NCBI GenBank assembly: GCA_021798415.1
Contig: JAJZGO010000003.1
Coordinates: 1-52,061 of the forward strand
Source of the DNA: Thermoplasmata archaeon
GTDB lineage: Archaea > Thermoplasmatota > Thermoplasmata > Lutacidiplasmatales > UBA184
Direction: 5' to 3'
DNA: 52,061 nucleotides
Shown: positions 35,416-45,221 of the stretch, piece by piece
Layout of the letters: every line of letters begins with the position of its first letter
Position numbering within the stretch: position 1 is the stretch's first letter
The notes under the pieces: model-generated
What the model saw: only the letters and a program-made list of their open reading frames with translations
The model's database searches: none
Told to the model about the DNA's origin: nothing
Position numbers and translations under genes: made by a program

Positions 35416-36918
35416 CTAGGCCGGGTCGCCGTAGACGGTGTAGTGCCAGCCCTTGCGGGCCTGGCCGGTGAGGTCGAAGTAGATGTTCTTCACGACCGTG
35501 TAGTCGTTGAGCGAGTCCGTCCCCAGGTCCTTCCCGAACCCCGACTGCTTGAACCCGCCGTGCGGCGTCTCCGAGCCGAGCGGGAGGTGGTCGTTCACCC
35601 AGACGTCCCCGAACCGGAGCGCATGGGCCGCCTTGAGCGCCGTGCGCACGTCCCGCGTCCAAACGCTGCCGGCGAGGCCGTAGTCGACGCCGTTCGCGAT
35701 CTCGATCGCCTCGTCGAACGTGGAGAACTCGAGGACGTCGAGGACCGGCCCGAAGATCTCCCGCTGGGCGATCGTCATGTCCGGCGCGACCCCGTCGAAC
35801 ACCGTCGGCAGGACGAACGCCCCGTTCGGGAAGTGCGGGTGGTCGTCCGTTCCACCGACCTTGAGCGTCGCCCCCTCGGCCCGGCCCTTCGCCACGAAGT
35901 CGAGGACCGAGCGCTGCTGCACCGGGCTCACGAGCGGCCCGAGGTCGGTCGACCGCGAGAGCGGGTCGCCGACGCGGATCGTGCGGACCCGCTCGAGGAG
36001 CCGCTCCACGAACTTCGCCCGGAGGCTCTGGTGGACGATGAGCCGCGTCGCCGCCGTGCAGTCCTGGCCCCCGTTCACGAAACCGCCCACGACCGCTCCC
36101 TCCACCGCGGCCGGGAGGTCCGCGTCCTCGAAGACGACGAACGGCGCCTTCCCGCCGAGCTCGAGCTGGACGCGCTTGACGCTCGCGCTCGCCGCCTCCA
36201 TGATCTTCTTGCCGGTCGCGGTGTCGCCGGTGAGGGAGACCATGTCGACCTTCGCGTTCCGGCAGAGCTCGTCCCCGACCTCCGCGCCGGGGCCCGTGAT
36301 GACGTTGAGCGCACCGGTCGGAAGGCCCGCGTCCTGGAACGCCCGACCGAGCTCGAGGCTCGTGAGGGGCGTGTAGCTCGCCGGCTTCAGCACGACCGTG
36401 TTCCCGACGATCAGCGCGGGAGCGACCTTCCAGACCGCCATCATGATCGGGTAGTTCCACGGCGTGATCGAACCGACGACGCCGACCGGCTCGCGCCGGA
36501 AGATCGTCGTGCCGTCGCCGGTGAACTCGCCCGGGCTCCGCGCCTCGAGCGTGCGCCCGGCCCCGGCGTAGAACATCAGGTTGTCGATCGTGAACGGGAG
36601 GTCCGCGTCCGCCGCCTGCTTGATCGTCTTGCCCTGGTTGCGGCTCTCGAGCTCCGCGACCTCGCCGAGCCGCTGCTGCAGGATCTGGGCGGTCTTCACG
36701 AAGACCTCGGACCTCGCCTTCGGCGGCCACCGGGGCCAGGGACCCCGGTCGAACGCCTCGCGCGCCGCGTCGATCGCCCGTCGGGCGTCCTCGCGCGTCG
36801 ACCGGGGAACCGTGCCGAGCGAGGACCGGTCGAAGGGGCTCACGACCGGGATCGTCGCCTCGTCGGACGCCGTCACCCACTCGCCCCCGATCAGCATCGT
36901 GCGGTCCATCGTGCCCAC
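35416..36918 (-). CDS. Gamma-aminobutyraldehyde dehydrogenase-like (PatD/ABALDH) aldehyde dehydrogenase
   Basis: TPWNYPIMM, KPAS, LELGGKAP, NGGQDCTAATR, EIFGPV, PHGGFKQSGFGKD; start GTG 36918 or ATG 36909. Confidence 0.85.
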   Translation of the reverse strand: MGTMDRTMLIGGEWVTASDEATIPVVSPFDRSSLGTVPRSTREDARRAIDAAREAFDRGPWPRWPPKARSEVFVKTAQILQQRLGEVAELESRNQGKTIKQAADADLPFTIDNLMFYAGAGRTLEARSPGEFTGDGTTIFRREPVGVVGSITPWNYPIMMAVWKVAPALIVGNTVVLKPASYTPLTSLELGRAFQDAGLPTGALNVITGPGAEVGDELCRNAKVDMVSLTGDTATGKKIMEAASASVKRVQLELGGKAPFVVFEDADLPAAVEGAVVGGFVNGGQDCTAATRLIVHQSLRAKFVERLLERVRTIRVGDPLSRSTDLGPLVSPVQQRSVLDFVAKGRAEGATLKVGGTDDHPHFPNGAFVLPTVFDGVAPDMTIAQREIFGPVLDVLEFSTFDEAIEIANGVDYGLAGSVWTRDVRTALKAAHALRFGDVWVNDHLPLGSETPHGGFKQSGFGKDLGTDSLNDYTVVKNIYFDLTGQARKGWHYTVYGDPA

Positions 36919-37046
36919 CCGGGTCGCCGAGTCCGGGCGGCCTAATGACCCTAGGCGGGGAGCGGCCCGCCGCCCGCGTTCCGGGCGTTTTTCGCGGGGT
37001 TTATGAAGGATGAGGGCGTCGGGACTCGAGACCCTGGGGCGTTCTC

Positions 37047-38948
37047 ATGGACCCGAAGTGGCGCAACGCAATCGTCGTCGGTATCGTCGTGGTCGTCGTG
37101 GTTGCCGGGCTCGGGCTCTACCTGACCCGCCCCCAGAGCTCCTCGAAGAGCTGCGGGGTCGCGCTCAAGTCGACGAACCCCATCCTCATCGATCAGGCCG
37201 AGATCCCCGACTCGCTCGATCCGGCCGTGACGTTCTCGACCCCCGGCTGGGCCGCCGTACAGCAGGTCTACCAGGGTCTCGTGAACTACAACGGGTCGAG
37301 CTACACGACCTTCTCGGGCGTCCTCGCCCACAACTGGACGGTCTCTCCGAACGGCTACAGCTGGACGTTCCACCTGCGCCCGGGGGTCCACTTCTCGAAC
37401 GGGGACCCGTTCAACGCCTACGTGATGTGGTACAGCCTCTACCGGAGCCTCTTGCTCGTCCAGGGGCCGCAGTTCATCCTGGAGCAGAACTTCTTCTCGA
37501 CCAACTTTAGCGCCTCGAACCCGCTCACGTACTACTCGGACGTGAACTACTCCAACGCCGCGAACGCGACCCTCCTGAACGACCTCAACACGTGGAACTT
37601 CGACACCCCCACCTCGGCCGAGATCGCCCTGATGGGCACAGCGAACCAGTCGTTCCAGGTGCTCAACAACCTCACGATCGAGCTCAACCTGGGCTACGGG
37701 TACCTCGGGACCAGCTACAGCTACCTGCTCGCGTCGATCTCCGCGCCGAACTCCTACGCGGTCGACCCGGTCTGGGTCGACCAGCACGGGGGCATCTCGT
37801 TCGGGCAGCCGAACTCGTACATGTCCGTCAACACCCTCGGGACGGGCCAATACGTCCTCGAGAACTACAACGGCCTCGCGGGCGGCGGATACACGCTCGC
37901 CCCGAACCCGAACTACTGGGGAACGACGGCGGCCGCGAGCGACCCGACGAACCCGATGATCCAGCCCGCGCTCAACTCGGTCGAGATCATCTTCCAGGAC
38001 CAGCAGGCCGTCACGATCAACAACCTCAAGAGCGGTGCGGTTGCCGAGGCCTCGTTCGCCTACGTCGGGCCCTCGACCGTGAGCCAGCTCCAGGGCAACC
38101 CGTGCGTCACGGTCCAGGCGCTCCCGACGGTCTACGGCTCGACGAGCGGTTCCTGGTGGATCTACCTCGACCAGAACCAGTTCCCGTTCACCAACCTCTC
38201 CGTCCGCGAGGCGATCGCGCACGCGATCAACTACACGCAGATCATCCAGCAGGCGTTCGGGGGGTACGCGAGCCAGTGGGTGGGCCCGGTCCCCCCTTCG
38301 TACCCGTACTACAACCCGCAGGGACTCTCGCCGTACGCGTACAACCTCCCGCTCGCGCGCCAGGAGATCGCCAACTCCCCCTGCGCGAACGGCGCGTGCA
38401 AGTCGCTCGACTTCAAGTACGCCTACATCAACACGGGAGGAACCGACTGGTCCGATACCGCCCAGTTCCTGGCGGCGGACCTCGCGCAGATCAACCTCAC
38501 CATCACGCCGACCGCCATCAGCCTCGACCAGCTCTACCAGGAGCAGACGATCGACCCGACGACCGGGGTCTGCACGACGCTCGAGAGCACGAACGGCGGG
38601 CCGTTCTACATGGGCCAGGAGTTCTACACGTCCGACTACATCTCGCCGGACGACTGGACGCAGAACGACGCGATCAGCTACGGGAGCGCGAACCTGTGCA
38701 TGTCGCAGTTCGCGAGCGCGACGGTCGACAACCTCACCCTCGCGGCCGCGGCGAGCTCGAACGCGACGTTCCTGAACTCGAGCTACTCGACCATGACGAA
38801 CATCATGTACAACAACTACACCGACATCTGGCTCGTCGTCCCGACGTCGTTCGCGGTCTACTCCACGTACCTCCACGGGTTCCTCGAGAACCCGATGGCG
38901 AGTGCCGAGCCGTACTCGCTCCTGTTCAACACGCAGTCGGTCACCTGA
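37047..38948 (+). CDS. Family-5 (Opp/Dpp-type) ABC substrate-binding protein, N-terminally anchored, sequon-rich
   Basis: SLDPA, VYQGLV, LAHNWTVS, WTFHLRPGVHFSNGDPF, GTGQY, VREAIAHAIN. Confidence 0.9.
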   Translation: MDPKWRNAIVVGIVVVVVVAGLGLYLTRPQSSSKSCGVALKSTNPILIDQAEIPDSLDPAVTFSTPGWAAVQQVYQGLVNYNGSSYTTFSGVLAHNWTVSPNGYSWTFHLRPGVHFSNGDPFNAYVMWYSLYRSLLLVQGPQFILEQNFFSTNFSASNPLTYYSDVNYSNAANATLLNDLNTWNFDTPTSAEIALMGTANQSFQVLNNLTIELNLGYGYLGTSYSYLLASISAPNSYAVDPVWVDQHGGISFGQPNSYMSVNTLGTGQYVLENYNGLAGGGYTLAPNPNYWGTTAAASDPTNPMIQPALNSVEIIFQDQQAVTINNLKSGAVAEASFAYVGPSTVSQLQGNPCVTVQALPTVYGSTSGSWWIYLDQNQFPFTNLSVREAIAHAINYTQIIQQAFGGYASQWVGPVPPSYPYYNPQGLSPYAYNLPLARQEIANSPCANGACKSLDFKYAYINTGGTDWSDTAQFLAADLAQINLTITPTAISLDQLYQEQTIDPTTGVCTTLESTNGGPFYMGQEFYTSDYISPDDWTQNDAISYGSANLCMSQFASATVDNLTLAAAASSNATFLNSSYSTMTNIMYNNYTDIWLVVPTSFAVYSTYLHGFLENPMASAEPYSLLFNTQSVT

Positions 38949-38954
38949 GCCGGC

Positions 38955-38974
38955 GGGGGCCCTCCGCGGCCCCC
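38955..38974. terminator. GC hairpin between the convergent SBP gene and oppF
   Basis: GGGGGCC-CTCCGC-GGCCCCC located between two stop codons 31 nt apart. Confidence 0.4.
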
Positions 38975-38979
38975 TTCGC

Positions 38980-40050
38980 CTACCCGCCGGTGGGCCCGAC
39001 GGGGTCGGCGCCGCCGATCAGGGACGCCGCCGGCACCGACCCGATCTCGTCCGCGCGGTGGCAGGCGACCCGGCGTCCGGGGAACCCCATCGGCTCCACG
39101 AGCGGGGGGTCCTCGATGCGGCACCGGTCGACCACGAACGGGCAGCGAGGGGCGAACCGGCACCCCGGCGGGGGGTCGATCAGCGTCGGGATGTCGCCGC
39201 CGATGCGATACCGGGCGCGGCGCCGCCGGGGGTCGGGCTCGGGGACCGCCGCGAGGAGCGCCTTGGTGTACGGGTGGACCGGGGCTTCGAGCACCGGCCG
39301 GACCGGGCCGACCTCCGCGAGGCGGCCGAGGTACATCACCGCGACCCGGTCGGCGACGTACCGCACGGCGGCGACGTTGTGGGTGATCAGGAGGTAGGAG
39401 TACCCCCGCTCCCGCTGGAGCTGCACGAGGCGGTTCAGGATCTGGGCCTGCACCGCGACGTCGAGCGCGCTCGTCGGCTCGTCGAGCACGACCAGCTTCG
39501 GGTTCACGCTGAGCGCCCGGGCGAGCGAGAGGCGCTGGCGGCCCCCCCCCGAGAACTCGTGGGGGTACTGGTCGAGGCAGTCCGGTGGAAGCCCGACGGT
39601 GGGAAGGAGGTCGAGGACCCGGCGCCGGTACTCGCTCCGGGAGGCGGACCCGCCGTCGAGCGCCGCCTGGGCCCGGATCGGCTCGCTGACGATCTGCCAG
39701 ACCCTCAAGCGGGGGTTCAGCGAGCCGACCGGGTCCTGGAAGACGACCTGGACGTTGCGACGCCAGCGCAGGAGAGCCCGCCCCTTCAGGTGCGTGATCT
39801 CCTCGCCGTCGAACCTCAGGCGGCCCGCGGTCGGCTCGTGAAGGCGCGAGACGAGCCAGCCGAGCGTCGTCTTGCCCGAGCCCGACTCGCCGATCAGGCC
39901 CAGGGTCTCGCCTCGCCCCACCGAGAGGTCGACCCCGTCGACCGCGTGGATCGCCCGGTGGGGTTCCCGCCGTACGATCTCGCCGAGCGAGCGGGTGAGC
40001 GGAAACTCCTTCGCGAGGCCGTCGATCTCGAGGAGGGGAGCGTCGGTCAA
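38980..40050 (-). CDS. oppF: Oligopeptide ABC ATP-binding protein (OppF/DppF-like)
   Basis: TTG start overlapping the oppD stop; [51 protein letters not shown]. Confidence 0.92.
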   Translation of the reverse strand: MTDAPLLEIDGLAKEFPLTRSLGEIVRREPHRAIHAVDGVDLSVGRGETLGLIGESGSGKTTLGWLVSRLHEPTAGRLRFDGEEITHLKGRALLRWRRNVQVVFQDPVGSLNPRLRVWQIVSEPIRAQAALDGGSASRSEYRRRVLDLLPTVGLPPDCLDQYPHEFSGGGRQRLSLARALSVNPKLVVLDEPTSALDVAVQAQILNRLVQLQRERGYSYLLITHNVAAVRYVADRVAVMYLGRLAEVGPVRPVLEAPVHPYTKALLAAVPEPDPRRRRARYRIGGDIPTLIDPPPGCRFAPRCPFVVDRCRIEDPPLVEPMGFPGRRVACHRADEIGSVPAASLIGGADPVGPTGG

Positions 40051-41201
40051 GGGGGGGCCTCGACGTCCGACGCGAAGAGGCAGGCGCTGAGATGGGTCGC
40101 GGGGGCTCCGGGCGTCGTCCCGACCGGCACGAGCGGGGGGCCGGGGTCGCTCGCGCACTCGGGACGGGCGAGCACGCACCGCGGGTGGAACGAGCATCCC
40201 GTCGGGAGGCGGGAGAGGTTCGGGACGGCGCCCGGTATCGAGTCGAGCGCCCCGTCCGCCTTGTACCGCCGCGGGCTCGACTTGAGGAGCGCGGCCGTGT
40301 ACGGGTGCCGGGGGTGGTGGAAGACCTCCTCGACCGGCCCGTACTCGACCAGGTGGCCCGCGTACATCACCCCGAGCTCGTCGGCCATCTCGGCGACCAC
40401 CCCGAGGTCGTGGGTGATGAACAGGATCGAGGTACGGACCTCCTCGATCAACTCCTTCATCAGCGTCAGCACCTGGGCCTGGATGGTGACGTCGAGCGCG
40501 CTCGTCGGCTCGTCGGCGATGAGGAGCGCCGGCCGCCCGGAGAGCGCCATCGCGATCATGATCCGCTGGCGCATGCCGCCCGAGAGCTCGTGCGGGTAGA
40601 GCCCGAGGATCGTCTCGGGGTCGTTGATCCGCACGAGACGGAGGAAGTCGAGCGCCTCGTCCCACGTCGCACCTCGGGCGCTCTTCGCGCGCTCGGCGGA
40701 ACGCGCCGCGAGCCCCCCGACCGTGAGCGGGTGGGCGAGGGCCGAGGAGGTCGAGACGGGCGGCGGACCACGGCTGTAATCGAACGGCTCCACGCGGCTG
40801 CGGGGGACATCCTTCGGGGACGCGTCTCGCCCGCGCCGGATGCGGATCGCCTCGGCGACCTGGTCGTAGACCCGGTAGGCCGGGTTGAGCGAGTTGAGCG
40901 GCTCCTGGAAGATCATCCCGATCCCCGTCCCTCGGACGAACGGGAGCTTCCACGCCGGGTAGCTCAGGAGGTCGGTGCCCAAGAACCGGATCCGGCCGCC
41001 GGTGACCTCGGCCGGCGGCTGGGGGAGGAGGCGGGGGATCGCCCGCGCGAGGGTGCTCTTGCCGCACCCGGTCTCGCCGACGATCCCGACGACCCTCCCC
41101 GGGTCGACACGCAGCGAGACGTCGGTGAGGGCGTGGAACCGCCCCGCCCCGACCACGTAGTCGATGCTGAGGTGCTCGACCTCGAGGACCGGTTCGCCCA
41201 C
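40047..41201 (-). CDS. oppD: Oligopeptide ABC ATP-binding protein (OppD/DppD-like)
   Basis: [56 protein letters not shown]; about 40-aa insertion after the Q-loop. Confidence 0.92.
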   Translation of the reverse strand: MGEPVLEVEHLSIDYVVGAGRFHALTDVSLRVDPGRVVGIVGETGCGKSTLARAIPRLLPQPPAEVTGGRIRFLGTDLLSYPAWKLPFVRGTGIGMIFQEPLNSLNPAYRVYDQVAEAIRIRRGRDASPKDVPRSRVEPFDYSRGPPPVSTSSALAHPLTVGGLAARSAERAKSARGATWDEALDFLRLVRINDPETILGLYPHELSGGMRQRIMIAMALSGRPALLIADEPTSALDVTIQAQVLTLMKELIEEVRTSILFITHDLGVVAEMADELGVMYAGHLVEYGPVEEVFHHPRHPYTAALLKSSPRRYKADGALDSIPGAVPNLSRLPTGCSFHPRCVLARPECASDPGPPLVPVGTTPGAPATHLSACLFASDVEAPP

Positions 41202-41204
41202 GGC

Positions 41205-42263
41205 TCACTCCTCGGCCCGGCGGACGAGCATCGCGGAGCCCGCCTCGGCCTGGGCGCGCCGGCTCCGCGGGTCGAGGATGTCCCGGAGGCCATCGCCGAG
41301 AAGGCTGAACGCGAGCACCGTGACGAAGATCGCGAGGCCCGGCGCGAGGACCATCCAGGGGTACGTCGAGAGGAACGGCTGGTAGGCCTGGATCATGCTG
41401 CCCCACTCCGGCGTGGCCGAGGGGTAGGGCAGGACCTGGACCACGTAGAAGATCGTCGAGATGACCACGATGACCGTGCCGACGTCCATCGTGAAGTAGA
41501 CGACCAGCGGCTCTAGGACGTTGCGAAGGACGTGGCGGAGGAGGATCCGGCCCTCGCGCACCCCGGCGGCGCGCGCCGCCATCACGTACGGCTGGTGCTT
41601 CACCGACAGGACCTCGCCGCGCGCGAGGCGGACGTAGTACGGCCACCACGTCACGAGCACGGCCACGATCGCGCCGTCGACGGTCCGTCCGATCGACGCG
41701 GCGATCGCGAGCGCGAGGACGAGGCTCGGGAACGACAGGAAGATGTCGGCGAGCCGCATGATCGTCACGGAGACGGCGCCCCCGAGCGTCCCGGGACGGT
41801 CCCAGTAGCCGGCGACGAGCCCGAGCGCCCCGCCGGCGACGAGCGAGATGCCGGCGACGGAGAACCCGATCGCGAGGTCGATCGGGAGCGCCGCGACGAC
41901 GTTCGAGTAGATGTCGCGGCCGAGCTCGTCCGTGCCGAGCGGGTGGGCCCACGACGGCGCCTGGTGGTACGCGGTCGACAGCTGGTTGGGCGGGTAGAGG
42001 AGGACGAGTCCGGGCGCCACCACCGCGAGGAGCGCCATCACCGCGATCACCACGACCAGGGCGAACCCGACGAACGAGAGCGGGTTCGCCCAGAGGATCC
42101 GCAGGAACGAGACGACGCCCCGACGTACCTTGTCCGCCGTCGCGGCCACGGCGTCCGCGCGGGCGGAGCGGCGAGCCGGCGGGAGAGCGCCGGGGTAGGG
42201 TTCCCGGGCGTCCGCGTCGTCGACCGGGGCGGCGGGCGGCGGGGGTCGGCCGGATCCCGCCAT
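41205..42263 (-). CDS. oppC: Oligopeptide ABC permease (OppC/DppC-like)
   Basis: HPLGTDELGRD, YVMAARAAG, RHVLRN, PEWGSMI, FSLLGDGLRDILDPR. Confidence 0.92.
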   Translation of the reverse strand: MAGSGRPPPPAAPVDDADAREPYPGALPPARRSARADAVAATADKVRRGVVSFLRILWANPLSFVGFALVVVIAVMALLAVVAPGLVLLYPPNQLSTAYHQAPSWAHPLGTDELGRDIYSNVVAALPIDLAIGFSVAGISLVAGGALGLVAGYWDRPGTLGGAVSVTIMRLADIFLSFPSLVLALAIAASIGRTVDGAIVAVLVTWWPYYVRLARGEVLSVKHQPYVMAARAAGVREGRILLRHVLRNVLEPLVVYFTMDVGTVIVVISTIFYVVQVLPYPSATPEWGSMIQAYQPFLSTYPWMVLAPGLAIFVTVLAFSLLGDGLRDILDPRSRRAQAEAGSAMLVRRAEE

Positions 42264-43283
42264 CTAGCGCCACTCCACGCGAGGGTCGAGGACCCCGTAG
42301 AGGATGTCGGCGATCATGTTCGCGATCACGACCCCGATCGCGAAGACGATCACGACCCCGATCGTCCCGGAGAAGTTGTAGCCCGTGATCGCGCTGAACG
42401 CGTAGGAACCGATCCCCGGCCACGCGAAGACCTCCTCGACGACCACCGTGCCCGAAAGGAGCCCGCCCGCCGTGACCCCGAGGACCGTGGTCGTCGAGAT
42501 GAGGGCGTTCCGGAGCGCGTGCTTGTAGAGGACGATGAACTCGGAGAGGCCCTTCATCCGCGCGGAGTTCACGAAGTCGAGCGGGAGGACCTCGAGCATC
42601 GAGCTCCGGGTCATCCGGGTCGCGATGCCCATGTTGACGAACGCGAGGACCGACGCGGGGAGGATCAGGTGCACGATCGCGTCCCCCGCCCACGGGAGGT
42701 TGCCCGCGAGGAGGGCGTCGACCACGCTCATGTGGGTGACCTGGGCGAACGGCGGCGGGGTCGACGTGTACTCCCCGCCCGTGGGCAATCCGAGGAACGG
42801 GCCGACGAGGATCGCCGCGACCACCGCGCCGAGGTAGGTCGGCGTCGCCCATCCCGAGAGGTAGAAGATCCGGACGAGGTGGTCGCCGAGGCGGCCGGAG
42901 TATTGGGCCGCCACGACGCCGAGCGGGATCCCGATCAGGACCATCAGGACGAGGGAGGCGAGCACGAGCTCGAGCGTGGCGGGGAGGGCGACCGCGATCA
43001 CGGGGAGCACCGGCACGCCCGCCGGGGAGTTCCCCCAGTTCCCGTCGATCAGGTTCGCGGTGTACTTGAAGAACTGGACATAGAGCGGCTGGTGGAGGCC
43101 GAAGGTGATCGCGCACTGGGCCAGCTGGGCCGCCTTCGCCCGCGGGAACCAGACCGCGCAGGGGTTCGAGACCGCGACGTGGGTGAAGAAGAACGTGATG
43201 ACGATGACCCCGAAGAGGACGGGGATGAGGAAGAGGAGGCGCTTCGCGACGAAGACCGCGAGATCGGTGAGACTACGACCCAA
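42264..43283 (-). CDS. oppB: Oligopeptide ABC permease (OppB/DppB-like)
   Basis: SD AGGAGG, TTG start; LPATLEL, SARMKGLS, HALRNAL, VEEVFAWPGIG, DILYGVLDPR. Confidence 0.92.
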   Translation of the reverse strand: MGRSLTDLAVFVAKRLLFLIPVLFGVIVITFFFTHVAVSNPCAVWFPRAKAAQLAQCAITFGLHQPLYVQFFKYTANLIDGNWGNSPAGVPVLPVIAVALPATLELVLASLVLMVLIGIPLGVVAAQYSGRLGDHLVRIFYLSGWATPTYLGAVVAAILVGPFLGLPTGGEYTSTPPPFAQVTHMSVVDALLAGNLPWAGDAIVHLILPASVLAFVNMGIATRMTRSSMLEVLPLDFVNSARMKGLSEFIVLYKHALRNALISTTTVLGVTAGGLLSGTVVVEEVFAWPGIGSYAFSAITGYNFSGTIGVVIVFAIGVVIANMIADILYGVLDPRVEWR

Positions 43284-43388
43284 CCCCCGCTCCTCCTATC
43301 GGGAGAGCGGAGCCCCCGCCCCCCGGCCACCCGGGGGCCAACCGGCCGAGGCTATTAATTCCCCCGACGACCGGGGGCGACCCGTCGG

Positions 43389-45017
43389 TTACGGAAGGTA
43401 ATCGCGGGGGAGCGACCGGAGCTCCTTCAGCGTCTCGGTCGCGATCGAGACGAACTTGTCGACGTCCTTCTCGGTGTGCGCGCTCGAGAAGGTGATCCGC
43501 TCGTAGTTGTCGGGGTGGATGTAGATCCCCTTGTCGAGCAGGAGCTGGTGGTGCCGGAGGTAGAGGTTCCAGTCGATCTGGAGCGACTCGCGGTAGTTGA
43601 CGATCTTCTTGCGACGCGTGAAGAAGAACTGGAGCATCCCGTTCACCGACTGGACGAGCATCGAGATCTTCGCGTCGCGGGCCGCCTCCTCGAGCCCCTT
43701 CTCGAGCTTCGTCGTGAGACGACCGAAGCGAGCGTAGAGCTCCTCGCCGCCGCGGTGGAGCATCTTGAGGTTCGCCAGCGTCCCGGCCATCGAGAGGTTG
43801 TTCGCGAAGTACGTGCCGCCGAACGAGATCCGCCCCGGGGCGATCATGTCCATGTACTCCGCCTTCCCGCTGACCGCGGAGACCGGGACCCCACCGCCGA
43901 GCGCTTTGGCCCAGCAGGAGATGTCCGGTTCGACCCCGTAGAGCTGCTGCGCGCCCCCCGGGGCGATCCGGAAGCCCGTGAACACCTCGTCGAAGATCAC
44001 GAGCATCTCGTTCTCGTGGGCGACATCGACCAGGCGCTTCAGGTAGCCGGGTTCGGGCGGGATGATGCCGGCGTTCGCCATCACCGGTTCGAGGATCACG
44101 GCGGCGAGCCGGTGGCGGTAGCGGCGGACCATCCGCTCGAACGCCGTCACCGAGTTGAACGGAGCGACCATCACGTAGTCGGTGACCCCCGGCGGGATCC
44201 CCGCCGAGTTCGGCAGCGGCCGCGGGTACTCGTCGAGGCCCGCGACGACCGGGGGCGCTTCCGCGCTGATGAGCGCGAGGTCGTGCTGGCCGTGGTAGTG
44301 ACCCTCGAACTTGAGGATCGCGTCCTTGCCCGTCACGGCGCGCGCGATCCGGATCGCGTTCATCGTCGCGTCGGAGCCGTTCGAGCAGAACGCGACGCGC
44401 TCGGCGTTCGGCACGAGCTTCTGGAACATCTTGGCCGTCTCGATCTCGAGCGCGGTCGGGGAGGCGAAGTGCAAGCCGAACTGCGCCGCCTCCTGGACGG
44501 CGCGCACCTGTTCGGAGGGCGCGTGGCCGTTGATGAGGACCCCGTACGCGAGGTTGAAGTCGAGGTATTCGTTGCCGTCCTCGTCCCAGATCCGCGGTCC
44601 CTTCGCTCGGGCGATGAACGGGGGGACGGGGTCGTACGAGGCGACCCGGATGAGCGAGCTCGAGGAGTTCGGGATCCGCTTCTTTCCTTCCTCGAACAGC
44701 TTCGCGCTCTTCTTGAGCTTCGGGACGAGCCGCGCGATCGGGATCGGCAGCGGGGAGGCGTCGAGGTCGGCCTCCGGCGGGGCCGACCCGAGGTCCTTCG
44801 GGGCGTCCTTCGCGGGCTCTCGGGCGGACTCCTTGCGCGGCTCCTTCGGTTCCTCGGCCGCGTCGTCCTTCGGCGTGGGGGGTCCGGCGGGGGCCGGGAT
44901 CGCGGCGTCCTCCGCCGTCAGGAGGCTGGAGAGCGGGTCCGCCCGGGCGAGGCTGGTCGAGACTCCGGGCTCCCGGGACGGGAGCGCGGACGTCGGGGCG
45001 GGTTCCCTTTCCGCCAT
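43389..45017 (-). CDS. Class-III PLP enzyme, GSA-aminomutase-like paralog 2, with an approximately 90-aa disordered N-terminal extension
   Basis: DEDGNEYLDFNLAYG, NGSDATMNAIR, KFEGHYHG, ILEPVMAN, IFDEVFTGFR, WAKALGGG; strong TTATATAT box upstream. Confidence 0.87.
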   Translation of the reverse strand: MAEREPAPTSALPSREPGVSTSLARADPLSSLLTAEDAAIPAPAGPPTPKDDAAEEPKEPRKESAREPAKDAPKDLGSAPPEADLDASPLPIPIARLVPKLKKSAKLFEEGKKRIPNSSSSLIRVASYDPVPPFIARAKGPRIWDEDGNEYLDFNLAYGVLINGHAPSEQVRAVQEAAQFGLHFASPTALEIETAKMFQKLVPNAERVAFCSNGSDATMNAIRIARAVTGKDAILKFEGHYHGQHDLALISAEAPPVVAGLDEYPRPLPNSAGIPPGVTDYVMVAPFNSVTAFERMVRRYRHRLAAVILEPVMANAGIIPPEPGYLKRLVDVAHENEMLVIFDEVFTGFRIAPGGAQQLYGVEPDISCWAKALGGGVPVSAVSGKAEYMDMIAPGRISFGGTYFANNLSMAGTLANLKMLHRGGEELYARFGRLTTKLEKGLEEAARDAKISMLVQSVNGMLQFFFTRRKKIVNYRESLQIDWNLYLRHHQLLLDKGIYIHPDNYERITFSSAHTEKDVDKFVSIATETLKELRSLPRDYLP

Positions 45018-45221
45018 ACAGAACGCATCTCGGGCGTCCGTCGGAGCCCGAACTGGCTATATATAATTGGCTTACGGCGCGAACACACGGTACCGTTCAC
45101 GTTACGCCAAGATACGCGCAACCTAACGTGCTATTCCACGTGCCGAACCGTACCAAAACAGCCAGCAAACCGTCTCAATATGAGCGATTCGATGGCGTTT
45201 CGTAGCGGATGAGGTCGATCT

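Noticed and set aside
29471-35419. Several Arg/Pro/Gly-rich ORFs of 900-1000 aa (29471-32380, 32396-35419) and similar ones across the window
   Set aside because: Alternate-frame or antisense shadows of well-supported genes, with low-complexity translation typical of high-GC DNA.
33923-36880. 985-aa ORF suggesting a fused double ALDH
   Set aside because: The two ALDHs are in different frames with a TAG at 35416 and a new ATG at 35407; the upstream half of the long ORF is a shadow frame.
38980-43116. 1378-aa minus-strand ORF
   Set aside because: Only the last 356 aa (oppF, TTG 40050) are real; the rest is an off-frame shadow of oppB/C/D caused by high GC.
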